48,796 nt of DNA from a virus (lineage: Duplodnaviria > Caudoviricetes): the IMG/VR virus record IMGVR_UViG_3300048853_000015, positions 1 through 48,796 of that record. The stretch is one strand, 5' to 3'. Of this stretch, positions 1 to 6,990 are shown piece after piece. The notes beneath the pieces were generated by a model. It made no database searches. It was not told where the DNA came from and worked only from the letters and a program-made list of their open reading frames with translations. Within the stretch, counting starts at the first letter, position 1; every line of letters begins with the position of its first letter. The position numbers were made by a program, and so were the translations under genes.

Positions 1-14
1 TGGTGCCCCCAGAG
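1..14. other. Putative attP core resembling a tRNA 3' end (reverse complement CTCTGGGGGCACCA)
   Basis: TGGTGCCCCCAGAG starts 2 nt after the integrase stop in the circle. It is flanked by CC(C/T)GCACC arm-like repeats at 48600-48607, 48617-48624 (inverted), 53-60 and 105-112. Confidence 0.65.
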
Positions 15-127
15 ATTGTGCGACTATTACGCAGAATCAATCACTTAGGCGCCCTGCACCCTGATAACCGCCCCATTGATATTGTTATTGAATTCGCACA
101 ACCGCCCGCACCTTTTGGACAGTCAAA
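1..127. repeat. 127-bp terminal overlap, left copy
   Basis: Identical to 48670-48796; 127 is a common assembler k-mer, so this is probably a circularisation overlap. Confidence 0.95.
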
Positions 128-128
128 C

Positions 129-749
129 ATGAGAAATGATCGCCCTGGTTATCAGTATCGCATCAACAAGGATGGAAGCATTGCCCATTACTGGAACCCG
201 GCAAGGGCCTCGAAATTCTATGGGAAGGGAGCGCCGCGCGTTCGGCTGCCTGATGGCATGAGCGACGAGGCGATTGCTCTCGCGTGTCAGCAATACACGG
301 CTGAGCTTCGGCAGGATCGGCCGACCGAGACAGAGCGACAGAGGAAGCGCCGGAACGTCTCAGAGCATCTGTTCAAAATATATCGGAAGCGGGCGGCCGA
401 GATAGGCAAGCCGTGTGAACTGTCCGCCGAATGGATATGCGAAAAGCTGAGGCGGCTTTCCGACAAGTGCGAGATCAGCGGGATTCGCTTCAACTACGAT
501 CCCCAGCCCCGAAAGACCAAGAGCCATTTCAAGCACCCGATAAGGCCGAGCCTCGATCGCATCGATAACGCCGGCGGATACGTCCCTGGCAATGTCCGGT
601 TCGTTCTCCACTGCGTGAATATCGGAATCAATGAGTGGGGCTTGGACAATTACATAGCGGTGTGCGCGGCCGTCGCTGGGCATCAACGGCAGACGTTCCC
701 GGACCTGACCGAGCAGACGGGACGGCTTCTCGAGTCAACCGACTGGTAG
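129..749 (+). CDS. HNH-like endonuclease with an N-terminal integrase-arm-like domain
   Basis: C-terminal CEISG...PSLDRIDNAGGYVPGNVRFV...N motif; frame is open back to position 3 and across attP. Confidence 0.6.
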   Translation: MRNDRPGYQYRINKDGSIAHYWNPARASKFYGKGAPRVRLPDGMSDEAIALACQQYTAELRQDRPTETERQRKRRNVSEHLFKIYRKRAAEIGKPCELSAEWICEKLRRLSDKCEISGIRFNYDPQPRKTKSHFKHPIRPSLDRIDNAGGYVPGNVRFVLHCVNIGINEWGLDNYIAVCAAVAGHQRQTFPDLTEQTGRLLESTDW

Positions 750-757
750 ATGTGGCG

Positions 758-786
758 TTGACGCGACCGGCGCCCAGCCATATCTC
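758..786 (+). promoter_or_regulatory. Sigma70-type promoter, probably giving a leaderless mRNA
   Basis: TTGACG-N17-TATCTC, then 6 nt to the ATG at 793; no SD sequence. Confidence 0.5.
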
Positions 787-792
787 CCGGTC

Positions 793-1095
793 ATGGAAAC
801 CGAACTGAAAACCCTCGCCGACTTCACCAAGCCCCACATGGTGCTTAACTGCTTGGCATGCGGCAGGAAGGGCCGGTACAACGTCGCGCGGCTGATCGGG
901 AAGCATGGGCCGGATATGCCGATCCGCGACTTTATCGATCTCATCGGGCAAAGCTGTCCGAAGTGGGTGCGCCCGCAGAAATGGGAGTCGTGCGGGCTCG
1001 GGTGCAATGATCTGATCTATATGTTCGCGCCGGCGCCAGCGACCGAGGAATTCGCCAAGAAGAGCGACGAGGATTTCGATAAGAGCCGCCGGTGA
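793..1095 (+). CDS. Small Cys-rich (Zn-binding) hypothetical protein
   Basis: CLACGRKGRY...CP...C pattern; has its own promoter. Confidence 0.7.
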   Translation: METELKTLADFTKPHMVLNCLACGRKGRYNVARLIGKHGPDMPIRDFIDLIGQSCPKWVRPQKWESCGLGCNDLIYMFAPAPATEEFAKKSDEDFDKSRR

Positions 1096-1098
1096 GGT

Positions 1099-1755
1099 TC
1101 ACTCCGGCGCGCCCCGCCCTTCCAGCCTCGCCTCGAAGAACCGCTGCCGCAGCGTCCTCACTTCGCTCTTCAGGTCGGCGATCACATCCCTCGTGCCGTA
1201 CACGGAGCCGACTTCCTGCCGGAGCTCATCGATCCGCCGGCTGAGTTCCGATATCTCATTGTCACGAGCATGATTTCGCTCGCTCCATTCGTTCCGGCTG
1301 ACGGTGGCAGAGCGTATATCGGTCAACGCATCATCCTGCCGCTTCCGATCCTCGGCCCCGCGCTGCGTGCGCCAGTCCATCTCCTTCTGCGTCACCATGT
1401 TGTCGGCCACGCTCTTGACGGCTGCTTGGCTCGCGTCCGAAACCCGGACGATCGCCTCCTCGAGCCTGACGCTGTTGTCCTTTATCGGCTGTAAGGCCAT
1501 GAAGCCGAGACCGGTCAGGATGGCAACGCCGACGCTGAGAGCCGCCCAGATGGCCGGCCATTGCGTCTTGCTGGAATTCCGGAGCTCGTTGGACAGTGTC
1601 GCGAGGTTCGCATTGACGCCCTGAAACCCGGTGTTCATGTTCGAGCGCAGGTCAATGATATCCTTGCCCTGGTTCTCGACGCGCTCGGAGAGACGGGCCC
1701 AGGACGCCATAGGATCGAAGCCGTTGCCGTTTGTGTTCATCACATCATCCGCCAT
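1099..1755 (-). CDS. Coiled-coil membrane protein at the end of the lysis cassette
   Basis: One TM segment (WPAIWAALSVGVAILTGLGFMAL) flanked by heptad-rich helices. Confidence 0.7.
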   Translation of the reverse strand: MADDVMNTNGNGFDPMASWARLSERVENQGKDIIDLRSNMNTGFQGVNANLATLSNELRNSSKTQWPAIWAALSVGVAILTGLGFMALQPIKDNSVRLEEAIVRVSDASQAAVKSVADNMVTQKEMDWRTQRGAEDRKRQDDALTDIRSATVSRNEWSERNHARDNEISELSRRIDELRQEVGSVYGTRDVIADLKSEVRTLRQRFFEARLEGRGAPE

Positions 1756-1905
1756 TAAACCTGCTCGCCCCTGTCCTGCTATCCATCAACAATTCACGAT
1801 CGGGAAACCATTCGGCTGCTAGCGTTGCCCCTAGCCGGTGCGGCCCCTGTTCGCATCGGTTAGGCCGGGAGTTCCTGTTACGAGCAGGAAAGCCCGGCCG
1901 TCTTG

Positions 1906-2262
1906 TCATTCCCCTATCGGCTTGCGCGCAGCCCAGCGCCCATAGAGAGCGATTGCGCCGCCGATGACCGGCCCGAGCGCGATGATCAGTTCGATCACCT
2001 TGCCCTGCACGTCCGCCGGGAAGGCATAGCCGAAGAGCCCGAGCACGCCGGCGGCTGCCGCGAGGATCGCGCCGAGGGTCACGCGTGAGCGATACCAAGG
2101 CTCATTGTTCGTCGCGGCGATGATCTCCGGAGCGATCCTGTTCGTTACCGCATTGATGATCGGGGCGGCTGCCGCCGCATCAGCCGGAACAGCCGGATTG
2201 CCTACTGCCGTGATGACCGCCGCGGCGATCTTGTTCTCGAGCTTCTCTTGTGCCTGGTTCAT
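1906..2262 (-). CDS. Putative holin (two TM segments)
   Basis: SD GGAGGGAG before MNQAQEK; PWYRSRV followed by two hydrophobic helices; downstream of the endolysin. Confidence 0.6.
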   Translation of the reverse strand: MNQAQEKLENKIAAAVITAVGNPAVPADAAAAAPIINAVTNRIAPEIIAATNNEPWYRSRVTLGAILAAAAGVLGLFGYAFPADVQGKVIELIIALGPVIGGAIALYGRWAARKPIGE

Positions 2263-2272
2263 GGCTCCCTCC

Positions 2273-2590
2273 TTATTCTGCGGCCTTGGCTTCGCGCAGG
2301 GCGAGCGTAATTGCTGCATAGGCCTCTGCAGCCCGGACAAGCGCCGTCGCCGCCGTGACCGTGCTGGGGTCTTTGCAGATGGCATCCAGAGCGGCATAGG
2401 CGGCCGCCTCGCGCGCGACGGTGCGTTCCCGGATGTTCCCGGTGCTGGCGACGATCACGAAGGCCGAATGAGCTGTGGCGGCCGCCGAGCAAATCTGCGG
2501 AAGATTTCGTTGGATGGCGCCGTCTATCGACGTGGTTTGGCATCCGGACAGCGCAAGGGCCGCCGCTGCCACGAAGAGCAGAGACTTCAT
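2273..2590 (-). CDS. Lipoprotein of the lysis cassette (spanin-like candidate)
   Basis: Signal peptide with lipobox LSGC. Confidence 0.65.
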   Translation of the reverse strand: MKSLLFVAAAALALSGCQTTSIDGAIQRNLPQICSAAATAHSAFVIVASTGNIRERTVAREAAAYAALDAICKDPSTVTAATALVRAAEAYAAITLALREAKAAE

Positions 2591-2615
2591 TGAGTTTTCC
2601 TTCTGTTGAGAGGAG

Positions 2616-3275
2616 CTAGACGAGGCGCCCGAGCGGGTCATTCCCGACCTTGAAGGACGGGCACGCCTTGGCGTTGGTGTGGTCGTTGTGACCGGTGACT
2701 TTCTTGATGGTCGGATACTTGGCGAGGAGCGCCTTCACCGTTTCGATCAGCGCCGCCTTCTGTTGCGGCGTCCTGGTGTCCTTCGGGGTCTTGCCGTCCT
2801 TCGCCACGCCGCCGACATAGACGATGCCGAGCGTGCCGGTATTGCGCCCCTTGACGTGCGAACCGACTTGATCCTCTGGCCTGCCGGGCTGGACGCTCCC
2901 GTCAAGCATGACGACGTAGTGGTAGCCGATGTCCTTCCAGCCTTGGGCGAGATGCCATGTTCGGATCGTGTCGACGGAAACGTCTCTGCCCTCTGGCGTG
3001 GCCGTGCAGTGGATGACGATCTCGTTTATCGGCCGAGTTGCCTTCTGCTGCTTCAGAATGACCATCGTGGCGATGGCTGCGGCCTGTGGGAGCGGCTGGG
3101 GCGCTGGCGATGGCTTCGGCGGTATCTTGCCGCCCCGCAGCGCCTCAAGCTCGTCCAGCGCCTTCCCTATGGCCGCCAGCGTCTCGCCGCCTGCATCGCC
3201 ATCGGCCCCGAACCTAGGAAGAGAATAGCCGAGCGCGATCAAGCGCCGCTGCAGAGACTGCACGGTCTTGTCCAT
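2616..3275 (-). CDS. Endolysin, N-acetylmuramoyl-L-alanine amidase with an N-terminal PG-binding domain
   Basis: IVIHCTAT, GWKDIGYHY, GHND, KACPSF motifs as in T7 lysozyme-type amidases; N-terminal LQRRLIALGY...GADG. Confidence 0.9.
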   Translation of the reverse strand: MDKTVQSLQRRLIALGYSLPRFGADGDAGGETLAAIGKALDELEALRGGKIPPKPSPAPQPLPQAAAIATMVILKQQKATRPINEIVIHCTATPEGRDVSVDTIRTWHLAQGWKDIGYHYVVMLDGSVQPGRPEDQVGSHVKGRNTGTLGIVYVGGVAKDGKTPKDTRTPQQKAALIETVKALLAKYPTIKKVTGHNDHTNAKACPSFKVGNDPLGRLV

Positions 3276-3291
3276 GGTTCACCTTGTTGCT

Positions 3292-3320
3292 GGAAAGAAA
3301 AACCCCGCTCAATGGCGGGG
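3292..3320 (-). terminator. Intrinsic terminator after the FkbM gene
   Basis: CCCCGC-CATTGA-GCGGGG followed by TTTTTCTTT on the minus strand. Confidence 0.7.
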
Positions 3321-3336
3321 CTAGGTTGCTCTCGGG

Positions 3337-4029
3337 CTACGTGCGCTTGTCTCTGTCAACATGAGAAAAGAGAACGACTGCCCCCTCCGAATGAGCCTGG
3401 TCGTAGTGGAAGTCACGCGCATGAAAGTAATCGAATAGATCCTTCATGCCGCGGCGACCGATCCGACGTTGATGCACCTCCAGGAACACCTTCTTAACTC
3501 CGCTCAGGTCGGCGTTTCGGAACAGTTCGATTTCTCCGCCTTCGATATCACATACGATCATCGTGGGCCGAATGTCTGCAAGCACTGCGTTGAAGTTCTC
3601 GACCTTAACTTCTTCTACCCGGTCGTAACCTGCCGCCGGGTCCAGGGATGAGGCCCAAAAATCCTTGTGGACGTAGAAGCTGACCGCCTCTGGCGATCGT
3701 CCGTTCATGAGGACGGCGTTTCGAACAGCCCACTTTCCTCCTGCTTGTCCCACATTGCGCGTCAATGTCTCCGCGATTTTAGGTATCAAGACAGGGTTGG
3801 CCTCGTAGGAAACAAGCCTTTTCGTCAACGGGTTTTTTGCGATCAGGGCCGAGATAAACCCGATACCGGCACCGATTTCTAGGACCACTTCATCACTCTG
3901 AATGATGCGTCCGAGCTGCCGACACTCCTGCGCTTCGTATCTATTCGCCTTGATGACCTCGATCATTTTCGGCGACATGAAGGACGGATCGATCGTCAGT
4001 TCGATGTCATGATAATTTATTGCTTCCAC
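3337..4029 (-). CDS. FkbM-family SAM-dependent methyltransferase
   Basis: VLEIGAGIG, YEANP, CDIEGGE, LEVH motifs; GTG start after GAGGGA. Confidence 0.85.
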   Translation of the reverse strand: MEAINYHDIELTIDPSFMSPKMIEVIKANRYEAQECRQLGRIIQSDEVVLEIGAGIGFISALIAKNPLTKRLVSYEANPVLIPKIAETLTRNVGQAGGKWAVRNAVLMNGRSPEAVSFYVHKDFWASSLDPAAGYDRVEEVKVENFNAVLADIRPTMIVCDIEGGEIELFRNADLSGVKKVFLEVHQRRIGRRGMKDLFDYFHARDFHYDQAHSEGAVVLFSHVDRDKRT

Positions 4030-4163
4030 TCTTCCCTCCAGATCATTTTGCCACTCATTGGCCCGATCAGGCGGCAAGCGCAAGGGGTTTCATATCCCCA
4101 ACGGTTGACTCGTGTTTTTAGACGGGGCATTGCGATGCCGCGGTGCAACGAGGGAAACCAGAC

Positions 4164-6623
4164 ATGGATCGAATTGTCAGTTCACAACCCGTAGATGGTG
4201 TTGGTGTTGGTGTAAATCTGCCCCAACATATCGATGCGCCGGCGATCCCCGTGTTCGACCCCGTCAAGTGCAGCGACATCACAATGGTGTTCTGCGTTCG
4301 CCTTCATGACGACAACTCCTGGATTGCCGATCGACTAGATGCCATGGCCGACTACTATCAGCCGTGCCCGGAGATCGTCATCGTGGACTTCGGCTCAGAA
4401 CCATCGCACGCCCAAGCGGTTGCGGAGATATGCAATCGCAGAAAATACCGCCACCACTTCGTCCCCGACTTCGATGTGTTTTCGCTGGCTACGGCCAGGA
4501 ACATAGCCTTTGAGCAGACTACGACAGATTTCGTTTTCTTCTGCGACCCCGACTTCGTCAGCGAACGCGACCTATTCGAGAAACTCGCTCGCAACGCCTC
4601 GGCGCTGAACATGCGCCGCGTGGTCGACATCATCCTAAATCCGCCCGCAGTTCACCTCAATGAGGCGGACACTCGGGTGTTTGAGGCCATCGACTCGCCC
4701 GACGGGCGTTCCTCTTTTCTCAACCGCCTCTCATTTGCGCTCAACTACGCGAAAGCCGATCGAGAGGAGGAGCGTTTCATTGCCCCCTACTCGAATGTGT
4801 TCCTGATAAACCGCAAGATGTTCTCACTCGCGGGAGGGTACGACAGCAGTTTCCGGGGGCACGGGTCCGAGGACTTCGAGTTCCTGTTACGCTTCTGCAT
4901 TATCTCGGGGCACCTTCCCCTTCCAGATCGGGCGCACGAGGATCTCCACGGCCCTCTGCGAAACGATTTCTTCCAAGCTCGCCCATATGCGGGGTTCAGA
5001 CGCCTTTTCGAGTTGTTGTCGCAGCCGACGGAAGGCCTTGGTTTGAAGGTGTTCCACCTCTACCATCATCGAGAGCGCAACAACGACTGGTACAGCAACA
5101 ACGACTGGAAGAGGGATAAGTTCTCCACCTCGACCGGCCGCTACCTCAAAGCTCATCATTCACTGCTTTCCGTCGATCACCTCCCTCGCCGGAAGAAGAT
5201 CGCCTGCCTTTGCAAGAACACCGACACCTGGGGATATTTCCTTCCGCTTAGGTTAGCGGGTTACGCAACCGTGCCTGTCTTCGACGATAAGCCGGAAACG
5301 CTCGCCCAGATTACCGATGCGCTCATTTCCGGTGAGATTGACGACGTCGCGATATTCAATCCCTACATGAAGAGCCATGCCGCCTACCGCGGTATCGTCA
5401 TGCTCGCCCGCGAGAAGGGCCGGAACGTGGTCGTCATAGAACGAGGCGCTCTGCCGGGGACGATCTATTATGATGACGACGTTTGCTATAACAGCCCGAA
5501 CTTCAGTCCGGAGGCGTTCCGCAACGCGGCATTCTCCCGGGACGAACTAACGGAGGCAGAAGCCTATATCCGCCGATTGCGCCTCGGCGACGAGACGCTG
5601 GAAAGCATGGACGCCTACGCGAAGACTGCCGCGAAGTATTCCGCCCAACAACATCTCTCCAGCAAAATCTGCTTCATCCCGCTCCAGCTCGAAGATGACA
5701 TGGCCGTCACCATGTTTATCAAGGGTGAGCAGAGCTATTCGGCTTTTGTCGAGTCGCTTGGCGAGGTCGTTGAAAAGCATCGCGACCTGCTCTTCATTAT
5801 CAAGCCGCATCCACTTTCGAAGGTGGAGGATGTTCCGTCAGCACCGAATGTCACGATCGCCGACCGGAACGATAACGTTCATTTCCTTCTCGACCTTGCC
5901 GACGTCACCCTTTGCTACAATTCCGGCGTTGGTCTCCTTTCCATATTGCACGAGACCCCGACCATCACTCTCGGTAACGCTTTCTATAATATCGAGGGCG
6001 CCGGCTACCGCGCGCGCTCTGCCGCAGAGGGACTCGACCAATTCGTGTCCGGAGGCGTCTCGCGGCCGCAGTTCGATCTTGTGCGCCGTCTTGCCGCCTG
6101 GTTCATTTCCCGGAAGTATTCTCAGTTCATCGCGACGGACAGCATCAGAGAATTCGCCACCCGGAAGGCCCACGGATATCGCGATATCTCCGTAACGAAA
6201 TTCCTATGGCGCGAACACCATTTTGAACTCGGCCGGATGAAGGTCACGATGCCATTTTCGTGGGCAAGTTACGCGGCCGCCAGGATAGCCCCGGTCAAGG
6301 CAGCCACGACGTCTAAAACCCCTCCAGACGGCCCCACCTTGATCCGATGGGGCTTGAACGATTTCCACAGGCGCGATTTCGAGAAGTCGGCAAAACACCT
6401 GATCGATGCGCACAAACTGACGCCATCAAGGCCAAACCTTTTGCGTTATGCCGCGGAGGCCTATTACCAAGCAGGTAAACGTGCAGAGGCTATCAAGACC
6501 CAACGGCAGGCGATCAGAGCTCAGCCAAACATTCTGCGGGCGAAAATGCGGCTTTGTGTCTTGATGTGCCCTCCACTCAAATACATCATTGGCAACTGCG
6601 AGATGACAGTTCCCAGAAGCTGA
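4164..6623 (+). CDS. Multidomain capsule-type glycosyltransferase: GT2 + KpsS/KpsC-like domain + TPR
   Basis: VDFGS, ARN, FFCDPDF, GGYDSSFRGHGSEDFE (GT2); IERGALP, FIPLQLEDD, IKPHP, NSGVGL, GNAFY (capsule synthesis family); helical C-terminus. Confidence 0.8.
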   Translation: MDRIVSSQPVDGVGVGVNLPQHIDAPAIPVFDPVKCSDITMVFCVRLHDDNSWIADRLDAMADYYQPCPEIVIVDFGSEPSHAQAVAEICNRRKYRHHFVPDFDVFSLATARNIAFEQTTTDFVFFCDPDFVSERDLFEKLARNASALNMRRVVDIILNPPAVHLNEADTRVFEAIDSPDGRSSFLNRLSFALNYAKADREEERFIAPYSNVFLINRKMFSLAGGYDSSFRGHGSEDFEFLLRFCIISGHLPLPDRAHEDLHGPLRNDFFQARPYAGFRRLFELLSQPTEGLGLKVFHLYHHRERNNDWYSNNDWKRDKFSTSTGRYLKAHHSLLSVDHLPRRKKIACLCKNTDTWGYFLPLRLAGYATVPVFDDKPETLAQITDALISGEIDDVAIFNPYMKSHAAYRGIVMLAREKGRNVVVIERGALPGTIYYDDDVCYNSPNFSPEAFRNAAFSRDELTEAEAYIRRLRLGDETLESMDAYAKTAAKYSAQQHLSSKICFIPLQLEDDMAVTMFIKGEQSYSAFVESLGEVVEKHRDLLFIIKPHPLSKVEDVPSAPNVTIADRNDNVHFLLDLADVTLCYNSGVGLLSILHETPTITLGNAFYNIEGAGYRARSAAEGLDQFVSGGVSRPQFDLVRRLAAWFISRKYSQFIATDSIREFATRKAHGYRDISVTKFLWREHHFELGRMKVTMPFSWASYAAARIAPVKAATTSKTPPDGPTLIRWGLNDFHRRDFEKSAKHLIDAHKLTPSRPNLLRYAAEAYYQAGKRAEAIKTQRQAIRAQPNILRAKMRLCVLMCPPLKYIIGNCEMTVPRS

Positions 6624-6649
6624 AGTACTCCTGCGGAAGGCGACACCTG

Positions 6650-6973
6650 ATGACCGACGATGAATTTCTGGATGGCGCGATCCCGAGCGAGGAGACCCCG
6701 ACTGACCTTGACCAGCTCGACGTAGTGAGCGCTCTCCAAGCGAGAGTTCTCGCCTTGGAGGCCCTCGTAGAATTGCTCTTGGAGAGAGACATCCAGAAAT
6801 TCGACAGCGCTGAAGAATACGCGAACAGCGAAGCATCGCGCATCTTCTCGCGCATGATGGTATCGACTGGGTTTCCGTCCGCCAGTGAGGAGGTCGCGGA
6901 AACGGCGGAAGCGATCGCAACCAGCATTATCGAGAGAATCGCTAGAGACCAGATACGAAAGACTGCCAATTAG
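6650..6973 (+). CDS. Acidic helical hypothetical protein, third moron gene
   Basis: ATG after GGAAGG; co-oriented with the GT and convergent with the tail spike. Confidence 0.6.
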   Translation: MTDDEFLDGAIPSEETPTDLDQLDVVSALQARVLALEALVELLLERDIQKFDSAEEYANSEASRIFSRMMVSTGFPSASEEVAETAEAIATSIIERIARDQIRKTAN

Positions 6974-6990
6974 TAAATTTGGATCGGCTC

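Noticed and set aside
1-80. Intact tRNA gene at the att site
   Set aside because: Only about 14 nt resemble a tRNA 3' end; no T-loop or cloverleaf follows.
1-127. 127-bp repeat as a biological terminal repeat or attL/attR pair
   Set aside because: The length equals a standard assembler k-mer, there is no host flank, and the packaging genes suggest ends near terS instead.
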